Below are positions 1 to 8,931 of a stretch of 64,000 nt of DNA, piece by piece (positions within the stretch are counted from its first letter, which is position 1; every line of letters begins with the position of its first letter). The stretch lies in assembly GCA_012269595.1 (NCBI GenBank), contig JAAXJX010000011.1, forward strand, positions 68,184 to 132,183, written 5' to 3'. The position numbers were made by a program, and so were the translations under genes. This stretch comes from Planctomycetia bacterium (GTDB lineage: Bacteria > Planctomycetota > UBA8108 > UBA1146). The notes beneath the pieces were generated by a model, which did not search any database, had not been told where the DNA came from, and saw only the letters and a program-made list of their open reading frames with translations.

Positions 1-238
1 GATCCAGGCCGTTTATGCAGAGTCCGGGTCTTTCCATTGCTACGTCATGACCACCGGGAAACCGGAGAAGCGGAGCGTTCAGGTAGGGCGTTCGAATGAG
101 AGTTATCTTGAAATCACAGAGGGTTTGTCTGAGGGTGAAAAAGTCCTGCTTTACAAACCTGATCAGGCAGAGTCTTCCACTGAAGAAAAACCGGCAGTAG
201 GAACGACGGCAGCCATTCTTCCCGGAAGTAATCCCTGA
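1..238 (+). CDS. HlyD/MacA-family efflux membrane-fusion (periplasmic adaptor) protein, C-terminal fragment; the 5' end lies upstream of the window
   Basis: The frame is open from the window edge, with no stop before 238. The tail ...KRSVQVGRSNESYLEITEGLSEGEKVLLYKP matches the C-terminal beta-barrel of MacA/HlyD adaptors. It is followed 1 nt later by a MacB-type ATPase and an FtsX permease. Confidence 0.6.
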   Translation, partial: IQAVYAESGSFHCYVMTTGKPEKRSVQVGRSNESYLEITEGLSEGEKVLLYKPDQAESSTEEKPAVGTTAAILPGSNP

Positions 239-239
239 G

Positions 240-923
240 TTGCCCCAGCCGATCATTTCCCTTGAGGGAATTCACAAATACTACGGTGAAGTTGAACCAC
301 GATTGCATGTTCTCAAGGGGATTCACCTTGATGTCACTCAGGGGGAGTTCGTTTCAATCATGGGAACCTCAGGGTCTGGCAAGTCTACCCTTTTGAATCT
401 GCTGGGGTGTCTGGATGTTCCGACAGAGGGGTCTTATCTCCTGGGTGGAAAAGATGTTTCCCAGCAGTCCGATGACGAGCTTTCAAGAATCCGAAACGAA
501 GATATCGGATTCATCTTTCAGAGTTTTCAGCTGATTCCACAATTGACCGTTCTTGAGAATGTTCAGGTACCACTCTTGTATGGAGAATCTTCCATCAGGG
601 AAAAAGAGGAGCACTGTCGCTCGATTCTCGATTCAGTGGGTTTGTCTCACCGGCTCTCTCACCGTCCGTCTCAATTGTCCGGAGGAGAATGTCAACGCGT
701 GGCAATTGCCCGGTCTCTGGTCAATGATCCCTTGATCCTTCTGGCTGATGAACCGACCGGAAATCTGGATTCCAAAACAGGTCAGGAAGTTCTCGAGTTG
801 ATGGATTCTCTTCATGGTGAGGGAAGGACCATCATCATGATCACCCACGATCAGGAGGTGGCTCTGCGAGCTCAGAGGCAGGTTCGTATCCACGACGGAC
901 TGGTGATCGAGGAGACCTCATGA
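240..923 (+). CDS. ABC transporter ATP-binding protein, MacB/LolD-like
   Basis: Walker A GTSGSGKST, ABC signature LSGGECQRVAIARS, Walker B LLADEPTGNLD and H-loop ITHD. The start is TTG, directly after the adaptor stop. Confidence 0.92.
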   Translation: MPQPIISLEGIHKYYGEVEPRLHVLKGIHLDVTQGEFVSIMGTSGSGKSTLLNLLGCLDVPTEGSYLLGGKDVSQQSDDELSRIRNEDIGFIFQSFQLIPQLTVLENVQVPLLYGESSIREKEEHCRSILDSVGLSHRLSHRPSQLSGGECQRVAIARSLVNDPLILLADEPTGNLDSKTGQEVLELMDSLHGEGRTIIMITHDQEVALRAQRQVRIHDGLVIEETS

Positions 924-2209
924 TTTCGCGCAAGAAAAAAGAACTTTTGCGTATGGGATTGCAGAGCCTTCTGGGCTACCCCATGAGGACAGTTCTGACC
1001 ATGTTGGGGGTCGTGTTTGGAGTCGGATCTGTCATCGCGATGTTGGCTCTGGGGGCTGGTGCCGAGAAAGAGTTGCTGCAGGAAATCGGTCGTTTGGGAA
1101 TCCAGAACATCATCATCAACTCTGTTGAGCCGGAACAGCCAGAGAATAACAGCAGCAGTAGCAGTAGTCGCAGGGGGTGGATCAACTACTACGGTCTGAA
1201 ATTCAAGGATCACCGGCAGATCGTTGAGACGATTCCCGGAATCGAACGGGTGCTTCCAGTCCATCTCAGTAAAAAAAAGGCATGGAATGGAAGCCGCTGG
1301 ATCGAAAGTACCCTTTTTGCTGTTGAGCCGGACTACTTTGAAGTGTTCGGATTGGAGATTGCCAGTGGAAGGGCACTGAGTCCCCAGGATGAGGAAGACT
1401 TGGCCCGCGTTTGTGTGGTCCGCTCAGGCCTGCTTCAGGAACTGGGGATTTATGAAGACCCCGTCGGTTATGTACTGACGATCGAGGATCAAAAGTTCAC
1501 TATCGTCGGTGTTCTTTCGGAGGACCGTTTTCAGGGTTACGCACAAAAGGCCCTGGTCGCCGACGCCCGCAGTTCGGAAATCTATGTTCCCTATCAGACG
1601 GTACTCAAGCGACAGGGAACGAGATCCTTTTCAGGAAGCGCAGGTAGCTGGGAAGCCACCGACGTGGAATTGAACCAGATCGTGGTTGAGGTTGAAGACC
1701 TTGATCAGGTGATCTTGACCTCTCGAACGATTGAAAATCTTCTCTCCCGAAATCACCCGGAAAAAGATTACGAAATGATCGTTCCGCTGGAGGTTTTGGC
1801 CCAGCGACGAAAAACCCAGCAGGTCTTCAATATCGCACTGGTAGCCATCGCGTCCATATCCCTCCTGGTAGGAGGGATCGGCATCGCCAACATCATGCTG
1901 GCGACTGTCACTGAACGCACACGAGAGATTGGAGTTCGCAGGGCATTGGGGGCTCAAAAGAGACATATCATCGCCCAGTTTCTGACTGAGACGACAACGA
2001 TCTCTATCCTGGGGGGCGTTTTGGGTATCTTCCTGGGGTTTGCCCTGGTCCAGATCCTCGTGATTTTCACGGGTTGGACTGCGGTGATAACCCCAATAAG
2101 CATACTGGTCGCCTTGACGATTTCCGTCGCTGTCGGAATTACGTCAGGAATTTATCCGGCCAGAAGAGCTGCTGCTCTTGATCCCATCTCAGCACTTCGA
2201 CATCAGTGA
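920..2209 (+). CDS. ABC transporter permease, FtsX/MacB family
   Basis: 429 aa with an N-terminal TM helix, a large periplasmic domain and three C-terminal TM helices, the typical MacB-type FtsX permease layout. Its ATGA overlaps the ATPase stop. Confidence 0.9.
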   Translation: MISRKKKELLRMGLQSLLGYPMRTVLTMLGVVFGVGSVIAMLALGAGAEKELLQEIGRLGIQNIIINSVEPEQPENNSSSSSSRRGWINYYGLKFKDHRQIVETIPGIERVLPVHLSKKKAWNGSRWIESTLFAVEPDYFEVFGLEIASGRALSPQDEEDLARVCVVRSGLLQELGIYEDPVGYVLTIEDQKFTIVGVLSEDRFQGYAQKALVADARSSEIYVPYQTVLKRQGTRSFSGSAGSWEATDVELNQIVVEVEDLDQVILTSRTIENLLSRNHPEKDYEMIVPLEVLAQRRKTQQVFNIALVAIASISLLVGGIGIANIMLATVTERTREIGVRRALGAQKRHIIAQFLTETTTISILGGVLGIFLGFALVQILVIFTGWTAVITPISILVALTISVAVGITSGIYPARRAAALDPISALRHQ

Positions 2210-2234
2210 CCGGGCTGATGACACAAACTGAGGA

Positions 2235-2579
2235 TTAATCTTGCCCTGGAATGGTTCCGTGTTCGAAGGTTGTCTCGGCCTTGATTCCGTAACCTGCAAT
2301 ACAACGCAAAAGTTCAATCACTCCGGAGTTCGTCACGGTGTAGTAGATCTTGCGACCCTCCCGTTGACTCGAGAGCAAACCTGACCTTTGCATCAATCGA
2401 AGGTGTTCGGAAGCCATGTGATTTTGAATCTTGCAGACCTTGGCGAGTTCACCCACGTTGTAACGATTCAGCATCAACAACTGAAGCATTCGCAGGCGCA
2501 TGGGATGGGCCATGGTGCGCAACAAATCACTGACCAATACAGGATCGAACGGTAGTGTTTGATTTCTGTACTCTTCCAT
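2235..2579 (-). CDS. ArsR/SmtB-family HTH transcriptional regulator
   Basis: 114 aa winged-helix protein: ...MAHPMRLRMLQLLMLNRYNVGELAKVCKIQNHMASEHLRLMQRSGLL... Confidence 0.75.
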   Translation of the reverse strand: MEEYRNQTLPFDPVLVSDLLRTMAHPMRLRMLQLLMLNRYNVGELAKVCKIQNHMASEHLRLMQRSGLLSSQREGRKIYYTVTNSGVIELLRCIAGYGIKAETTFEHGTIPGQD

Positions 2580-2698
2580 AAGGGAAAATATACCGCCTGC
2601 AGATAATAAGTACTTGGGTTATTGGGGTCCGGAATACCTTTGTTCCAAAGGACCTGATTGGCACTCGTCAGAGGGAGAAATCAGCGAAAGAGGTCAGC

Positions 2699-3307
2699 CT
2701 AGTCACGAATGACAGGTTCCAGCCTCTGGCTTACCCAAAGTGCGATCAGCAGGCTTGCGAGTACGTCAGTGGGGTAGTGCCCGTGTTCGAGAATTCGAGT
2801 CGCTGCACAACCTGCTGCTGCCAGAAAGATCCATGGGGTCGTACCGGGCCAATGTCTGCTGATGGCGATGGCTGCACCGAACGCCACTGCGCTGTGACCG
2901 CTGGGAAAGCAGAAATCAGTGCCGTCCCACCACTCAGGCCCAAAAGGGGCCCGTTGCCACGTATCGACCAGCCCGGGAAATGGATCAGGCCTTCTGAAGA
3001 TCGGTTTCAAGGCCTCTGAGAGGGCCCCTGAGATCATTGGAGTCAGCAGGAGACTCTTGGTGTGCGAAGGCAGTCGGGGCCTGTCAGTGTTCGATTGGGC
3101 GACCAGCAGGAGGAGGGAGATTCCCACCCATGTCGGCAGGTATCCGAGGATTCTGAAGAGTGCCATCAGATCACCTCTTTGTTGACCCGGACTTTCCGGA
3201 ATTGCAGAGATGATCCCACTGTCGAAGGGGGTCAGCAGGGCGATCATGATCAACACTGTCAGGAAGGACCAGCGTGGAATCGCGGGGACCGGGTCCAGTG
3301 AGTTCAT
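2699..3307 (-). CDS. PAP2-family phosphatase (phosphatidic acid / undecaprenyl-PP phosphatase-like)
   Basis: PAP2 motifs KxxxxxxRP (LKPIFRRPDP), PSGHS and SRxxxxxHxxxD (TRILEHGHYPTDV) in a multi-TM protein. Its start overlaps the downstream GT39 gene. Confidence 0.8.
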   Translation of the reverse strand: MNSLDPVPAIPRWSFLTVLIMIALLTPFDSGIISAIPESPGQQRGDLMALFRILGYLPTWVGISLLLLVAQSNTDRPRLPSHTKSLLLTPMISGALSEALKPIFRRPDPFPGLVDTWQRAPFGPEWWDGTDFCFPSGHSAVAFGAAIAISRHWPGTTPWIFLAAAGCAATRILEHGHYPTDVLASLLIALWVSQRLEPVIRD

Positions 3308-4860
3308 GGGCGATTCCCTTCTGAAGTACGCAACTTTGCCACAAAGATTTCGCGGGGCCGATTTCTTTGAATCAGTGTACCGAGTGACCGAATCTCTGTC
3401 GGTTGGAGGGCCAACTTCCAGGACTCGAGGTCTGCTCCGACCAGGATCACCTGCCTGCCGGAAAAACGGGAAGAAGGAAACCGGGTGCTCGTGAAATCAT
3501 CATACGCTGAAGGTCGGGATCCGAGTGCGACAGAAGCGCAGTAGACTTCGGGCTTAAGCGGAAGATAGTAGGCCAGCAGTGCAGTCTTGTCGTAGTAGTT
3601 GCAGACGACAGGGGCCTCAGAAAGACCTTCATCCTGCATTTTTCGGTGTAACTGGTCTGCAAACTGTTGGTGCCCGGAAATCCTGTGAATCGGCAGCCCC
3701 TTCAGGCCTGCCGAATTGAGCCAGGAGTTGAGAGTGGGAGCACTGGTGATCAAGGTCAACAACAGTATCCCCGTCAACAGTCCTCGTATTCCGATCAGGA
3801 TGCACCAGATTCGCTTCTGGAAGTCAGAGCATTCATGCTGGAGCCAAAATGCACCGAGGGGAAGCAGAGGGGCGTAGGCACCGACCGCCCAGTTTCCCTC
3901 AGTGGGTCCCTTGATGGAAACGAGCAGGTAAAAAGCCAGTAAAGGCAGGGCACTCCAGCGCAACACCGAGATGATTCTGGATTGTTTTGGAGTCACTGGA
4001 TTGCGAAGAAAAAAGCTTCTCAGCATGATCCAACCCAGCAGGGGGCCAGCGAGACCGAGAACTTGTGCCAGATACTTCAGAGTCCAGATCGGATCATACT
4101 CGAGCCATGAGGTGGTTCCGCTGTCACCGCCAGGGACATGAAGGTGTCCCAATAGGTGCTCAATCGTTGGCCAACCACGCTGGGCATTCCAAAGGATGAC
4201 TGGAAGCATTCCCAAGAGAAGAAATCCACAGGCTCCTGCGATTCCGGTGCGGAGTCCGCTGGTATTTTTCAACCGGGATCGTTGCAGCCAGAGTGCGACT
4301 CCCAAACCCAACGCTCCCAGTAGAGCGGTGTATTTGGCGAGAAATGCAAAACCGAGAGCGAGACCCATGACCCAGAGTGGAAGACAAACAGAGCGCCCCT
4401 CATCGGCTTTTTCCAGAGTTTGAAGTGTGGCGAGAGTGGCGATGGACCAGCCAGCGACCATCATCATGTCCACCGTGATCAGGGAGCCACCGATCTGGTA
4501 CCCGAGGAGGCATTGAAAACCGATCACAGTCATCAAAACTGTAGGGGGGTGCTGGTCCGACAGTCTGGTGGCAATGCTGCCGACGGCGACTCCGGCAATC
4601 CCATGACAGAGAAAACTTCCCAGGCGAATTCCGAAAATACCGTCACCAAAGATGGACGTGGTGATCGTGATCAACCAGGTCACTCCCGGACCCTTGGTGT
4701 AATACGAAAGGGAAGGATGTCGTGACCAATCCCAATACTGGGCTTCATCTCCACTCAGCTCCCATGGATAGAGAAAACCTTGAAAAAGGCTGCGGAGAAT
4801 CAATACGGCGAGGGGAACCCCCCAAATCCAATAGATCAGAGAGTGGTCACGGTTCAGCAC
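3304..4860 (-). CDS. GT-C glycosyltransferase, family 39/83 (ArnT/PMT_2-like)
   Basis: 518-aa polytopic membrane protein. The first periplasmic loop carries the GDEAQYW..SRHP...YYTKGP motif characteristic of ArnT/PMT-type lipid-linked sugar transferases. Confidence 0.8.
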   Translation of the reverse strand: MLNRDHSLIYWIWGVPLAVLILRSLFQGFLYPWELSGDEAQYWDWSRHPSLSYYTKGPGVTWLITITTSIFGDGIFGIRLGSFLCHGIAGVAVGSIATRLSDQHPPTVLMTVIGFQCLLGYQIGGSLITVDMMMVAGWSIATLATLQTLEKADEGRSVCLPLWVMGLALGFAFLAKYTALLGALGLGVALWLQRSRLKNTSGLRTGIAGACGFLLLGMLPVILWNAQRGWPTIEHLLGHLHVPGGDSGTTSWLEYDPIWTLKYLAQVLGLAGPLLGWIMLRSFFLRNPVTPKQSRIISVLRWSALPLLAFYLLVSIKGPTEGNWAVGAYAPLLPLGAFWLQHECSDFQKRIWCILIGIRGLLTGILLLTLITSAPTLNSWLNSAGLKGLPIHRISGHQQFADQLHRKMQDEGLSEAPVVCNYYDKTALLAYYLPLKPEVYCASVALGSRPSAYDDFTSTRFPSSRFSGRQVILVGADLESWKLALQPTEIRSLGTLIQRNRPREIFVAKLRTSEGNRP

Positions 4861-5558
4861 GTCTCGCCAGCCTCTTCCAGAAAACCACCGGGAAGCAACT
4901 GAGGTTCACCGAAGAGCAGTCTCAGGAAGACGAGAAGATCTGCAGGGAGAGGATCGATCTGTCGATGCTCTGAAATGGAGGAAGTTCCTCCGGGGTGATC
5001 GAGGAGATAGGCGTGAAGGAAGAGCCTGGGAAGGCCGTGGTCTCTCCGCAAGCTGTCATTGATTCGGCCTTTGCCGTAGGTGCTGTCTCCGACCACTTGA
5101 TGACCGAGGCGTGCGAGGTGCCTGCGGATCTGATGCCTTCTCCCTGTTTCAATTCTGGCTTCAAGCAGGCTGAAACCATTTTTCCCCATGATCTTGCGAA
5201 AACGGGTCAAGGCCGGGACAGGGGGTTCTTTCTTTTTTCTCGAGAGTGGCAGGTCACACTCAAACTCGAGGGGGGTGTCGCCTCTGGCCAGTACGAGGTA
5301 ACTCTTGATGGCCTGAGGGGCCTGGATCAACGCTTGCAACCCGGCTGCGGATTCCGAACTCATTCCCATACATACGATTCCAGATGAAGCCCGATCGATT
5401 CGATGAACAGGGTAGACGAATTGACCGACTTGATCGCGAATCCATGTCAACAGCGTCTCTCCGCTGCCTCGCTGCTCATCGGTAGGGTGAACAAACATGC
5501 CAGAGGGCTTGCTTGCATAGACTGCTTGATCCGTTTGATGAAGAATCTTTGGCAGCAT
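4854..5558 (-). CDS. RluA-family pseudouridine synthase
   Basis: Catalytic motif HRIDRASSGIV (HRLD motif with the catalytic Asp) and a conserved RluA-family core. Confidence 0.85.
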   Translation of the reverse strand: MLPKILHQTDQAVYASKPSGMFVHPTDEQRGSGETLLTWIRDQVGQFVYPVHRIDRASSGIVCMGMSSESAAGLQALIQAPQAIKSYLVLARGDTPLEFECDLPLSRKKKEPPVPALTRFRKIMGKNGFSLLEARIETGRRHQIRRHLARLGHQVVGDSTYGKGRINDSLRRDHGLPRLFLHAYLLDHPGGTSSISEHRQIDPLPADLLVFLRLLFGEPQLLPGGFLEEAGETC

Positions 5559-6043
5559 TAATCCAACTCCTCGAGTCGGATCAGGGGTGAGGAAAAATGA
5601 GGATTCCCGTTTTCTATGATCTGGTCAATTCCATGACAAAAGTTCTGGATGTGGATCCCCCGGTAATGAGAGTCATCCTGTTGTGAATCAATCAACACGA
5701 GTCTGGATTTCCCCCTGCCCCAGATCGAGTTGGCGGGGCGAGGTTGTTGAAGACGAATTTTCAAAAGTGCAGCACTCGCCTGGATCAAACCCTGGGTAAA
5801 GATTCTCAGGGGGTCTTCATTTTCGAGAGGAAGCCACAGGTCCTCCCAGGCTTCATGGGCTTCCCAGTAACAACCATGATTGAAAAGATCTACTCCGTGG
5901 AGGTAACTGTGATCCTCACTCCATGGACCGGGGGACTGCCTTGGCAGGATATGGAAATCGGGGTCCTTTTGATTCACTCCTGGCCAATAGGGAACGCCCG
6001 GGAGAGGAGCATTGGGTTGATATCTGGGAATTCCGGTGCCCAA
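5558..6043 (-). CDS. DUF309 domain protein
   Basis: Contains the DUF309 signature ...GCYWEAHEAWEDLW... Confidence 0.65.
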   Translation of the reverse strand: MGTGIPRYQPNAPLPGVPYWPGVNQKDPDFHILPRQSPGPWSEDHSYLHGVDLFNHGCYWEAHEAWEDLWLPLENEDPLRIFTQGLIQASAALLKIRLQQPRPANSIWGRGKSRLVLIDSQQDDSHYRGIHIQNFCHGIDQIIENGNPHFSSPLIRLEELD

Positions 6044-6162
6044 GCTGCCCCCTGAATGAAACGGGTTTCCTGATCAAGCAGAGGCAGAATACCCGCTTGC
6101 AGTGAATAAATCACAGAAGAAGTAGTCAGGATTTCGGAAGTGTTACTGCTTGAGCCGACCGA

Positions 6163-6984
6163 TCAGTCGCAGATCAGGAATTCTGCGCAATCGAGGGGAT
6201 CGTCATTGGTCAGATCCGGATTACAGTTCCCATCTGATCCCGGGATCGGGGCTCCGCCTGTGAACATGTACTGGAAGAGGTAGACCGCATCCCCGATCGT
6301 CAAGACTCCATCGTCATTGATATCGTCGGCGTCACGACAGCTGCCGGGGGGCTCGAGCCCGGAAACCCGGTACAGGAGGAGAACTCCATCGAGAAGACTG
6401 ACGCTGCCATTCTGATTCAGGTCCCCGCGGATAAAGAGAGGTTCTGTAATCAGGATAGATCCGGAAGCCATCGTGGGGGTCACCTCTGCCAACTCAAGGA
6501 CCATGACGGTTTGCACGGGTGGGCTGCCCAAATCGGAGGTCAGGGTCAAGGGTGAAAGAGTGCCCACTGGAGCATCCGGGAGAATCAGGTAATCGATCTG
6601 GATCAGGGGTTCTGAGGTCATCATGGGTAACAGGTCGAAGGGGCTGAACAGATCGGTAATGCAGGCAACGGTGATTCCGGTCCCGCCAGCAGGAGCGATA
6701 TTGACTTCAAAGAAGTCGGGGCCGGAATTGCCATTCAAAGCCTGAAGGAGTGCTCCGGCGTGAACATTCGTGAGGGATTCCACTGACAGAATCGCAGGAT
6801 CGTGGGATACACCAAGGCTGAAGCCGTGGGTGGGAAGATCGGTTGAGAAGAGAATCTGGGCTGTAATCGTTGTTTCGGCGTATCCTTCTCCACCGACGAT
6901 TTCCAGTCCGGCCACCTGAGCTTCAAGATTTGTTGTCTGGAATGCAATTACAAGAATCAACAATGAGATCGTTCGGAAACTCAT
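6163..6984 (-). CDS. Secreted protein with a C-terminal dockerin-type repeat pair and a Cys-rich tail
   Basis: Signal peptide MSFRTISLLILVIAFQTTNLEAQ, with start moved to the internal ATG that has a GGGGGAAA RBS. Dockerin repeats GDLNQNGSVSLLDGVLLL and DADDINDDGVLTIGDAVYLF, ending ...CNPDLTNDDPLDCAEFLICD. Paralogous to the genes at 34842 and 51421. Confidence 0.7.
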   Translation of the reverse strand: MSFRTISLLILVIAFQTTNLEAQVAGLEIVGGEGYAETTITAQILFSTDLPTHGFSLGVSHDPAILSVESLTNVHAGALLQALNGNSGPDFFEVNIAPAGGTGITVACITDLFSPFDLLPMMTSEPLIQIDYLILPDAPVGTLSPLTLTSDLGSPPVQTVMVLELAEVTPTMASGSILITEPLFIRGDLNQNGSVSLLDGVLLLYRVSGLEPPGSCRDADDINDDGVLTIGDAVYLFQYMFTGGAPIPGSDGNCNPDLTNDDPLDCAEFLICD

Positions 6985-7116
6985 ATCATTTCCCCCAATA
7001 AACGTATGTTCAAAATTTGCAGGGGACTGGCCCCATCTCATTTATAGCATTGCCATAAGGGATGACTTTGTGTCGGAAGTGTGAGCGTTACCAGATACAC
7101 AAATGACAAGTGGGAG

Positions 7117-8931
7117 TCACTTGACGGGTATTGAAACAGTGCGATTCAATCCCTCGGGCTCAAAGGTGTAGGCAGATTTTCCCTGCTCAAGAACGGTGAT
7201 AACGGGGATTTCTGTGGAATTCCCCAATCCAAAGGTGGCCACTGCTTCGCACTGGCTCAAATAGGAGCGGGTGGTCCCGATCATCTGCCTTTGGACTGAT
7301 TCTCCCTGACGACACTCAATCCAACTGCCGGGCGAGATTCCTTCAGTGCGGATGCGAATCCATTGGTGTCCTGTCCCTTGATCGTTTCGGAGCAGGCGTA
7401 CAGGTTCACCCACCTGGGTCAACAGAAGGTCCAGATCTCCATCCCCGTCGATGTCTGCACTGGCGAGGCCTCGGCCAATCGCCGGAATCGACAGATCACC
7501 GGTCTTGTCGCCAGCAACCTCTACATAGCAACCCGCACCGGGACCACGATTCCAGAAAAGTTGTGCCTGCTGTCGGTACTCTTGGCCCGGTTGAACTGTG
7601 GCAATCTCTTCCTCGAGATGCCCGTTGGCCTGAATCAGATCCTGGCGGCCATCCAGATCGACATCAAAAAAGAGCAGTCCAAAGGAAAGTGCCTTTCGAC
7701 TGGGGGGACCAATCCCCTCGTTCACCGATTCGTCGATAAAAAGCTCTGAAGCGGGCATCGAGCGGTAAAGGCCTGTCATCTCTGCCGAAAAGTTGGCAAC
7801 GGCAATTCCCAGTCCGCCATCATTGCGGTAATCGCAAAGGTCCAGTCCCATCGCTCCTGTTGCAGATCCATTGGCGTCATATGCCAATCCACATTCGACT
7901 CCGACTTCTTCGAATCGGGCTTGCCCGTCGTTTCTGAACACAAAGTTTCGTGTGGTGTCATTGGCGACGATGACGTCGATGTCGCCATCGCGGTCGAAGT
8001 CCGTCGTCAACATGGCAAGAGCTTTGGTCGCCTTGGAGAGATCCGGTGTCTGTAGCCCTGCCTCGATGCTGAAGTCATTAAAGGTACCGGAACCATCGTT
8101 GAGGTGAAGACGACACGGACTTCCCTCGAAGTTGGTGGGGGGGCCATAGGCCCTGCCAACCCCGGTGAGTCGATAATCGACTTCGAGGTCCTTCTCTGGG
8201 GACCATTGAACATACTGACAAACAAAGAGATCCAGATCTCCATCAGCATCCGCATCGAAGAAACCTGCACTGCTCGACCAGGCGTCGGAGCCGCCGGAAA
8301 CACCGGCTTGATCGGCAACACTGAAGTGATCCCCCTGATTCATCAGGAGCAGGTCCGAACCCACCGCCGCGACGAAAACATCCTGATCTCCGTCACCGTC
8401 GACATCACCGACGGCCAACCCTGTGCAGTACGCGTCGATCTCGAGTCGCCATTCCCGGCTGGCTTCGACAAACTGGCCGTTTCCGTCGTTCAGCCACAAT
8501 CGAAGTGTGGAATTCGCAGGTTTTTCGCTGGTCCATTTCCACGGGCGGCCACTGGCGAGAAGGATATCACTGTCCCCATCGGAGTCGACATCCACAAATG
8601 CACAGCCGCTTCCCATCGTTTCGGGGAGCAACTTTTTGCCTCGGGCCCCATCGTCGTGGGTGAAATCGATGCCTGCACTGAGAGTAATATCCTTGAAAGG
8701 GAGAGGGGGAGCACTGACTGTTCCATCATGACTCCTGGGACGGATCGGTACTTCAGGCCCAGATTCGACCGGTTCTGCGGAAGGCTCGTAGTTAGAGAGG
8801 AACCATAACCCGGCTGCGAGAAGAGCGAGGATTCCAAGGAATCGAACACTTTTTTGGAATGCTTGCCCAATGACTTCGTCGTCCTGATTTTCGGGATCAG
8901 GAGAGTCTGGAATATTGGAAGGATCGGTCAT
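7117..8931 (-). CDS. ASPIC/UnbV-domain FG-GAP repeat protein (CRTAC1-like)
   Basis: Multiple FG-GAP calcium-binding repeats (DVDSDGDSDILL, DVDGDGDQDVFV, DADADGDLDLFV, DFDRDGDIDVIV, DIDGDGDLDLLL) and a C-terminal UnbV/ASPIC domain. Its start overlaps the stop of the upstream cytochrome gene (TAATG). Confidence 0.85.
   Translation of the reverse strand: MTDPSNIPDSPDPENQDDEVIGQAFQKSVRFLGILALLAAGLWFLSNYEPSAEPVESGPEVPIRPRSHDGTVSAPPLPFKDITLSAGIDFTHDDGARGKKLLPETMGSGCAFVDVDSDGDSDILLASGRPWKWTSEKPANSTLRLWLNDGNGQFVEASREWRLEIDAYCTGLAVGDVDGDGDQDVFVAAVGSDLLLMNQGDHFSVADQAGVSGGSDAWSSSAGFFDADADGDLDLFVCQYVQWSPEKDLEVDYRLTGVGRAYGPPTNFEGSPCRLHLNDGSGTFNDFSIEAGLQTPDLSKATKALAMLTTDFDRDGDIDVIVANDTTRNFVFRNDGQARFEEVGVECGLAYDANGSATGAMGLDLCDYRNDGGLGIAVANFSAEMTGLYRSMPASELFIDESVNEGIGPPSRKALSFGLLFFDVDLDGRQDLIQANGHLEEEIATVQPGQEYRQQAQLFWNRGPGAGCYVEVAGDKTGDLSIPAIGRGLASADIDGDGDLDLLLTQVGEPVRLLRNDQGTGHQWIRIRTEGISPGSWIECRQGESVQRQMIGTTRSYLSQCEAVATFGLGNSTEIPVITVLEQGKSAYTFEPEGLNRTVSIPVK

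Noticed and set aside
8104-8808. 234-aa + strand ORF (with several smaller ones) inside the ASPIC/UnbV gene
   Set aside because: Antisense to a gene with clear FG-GAP repeats; no motifs; a typical high-GC shadow ORF.
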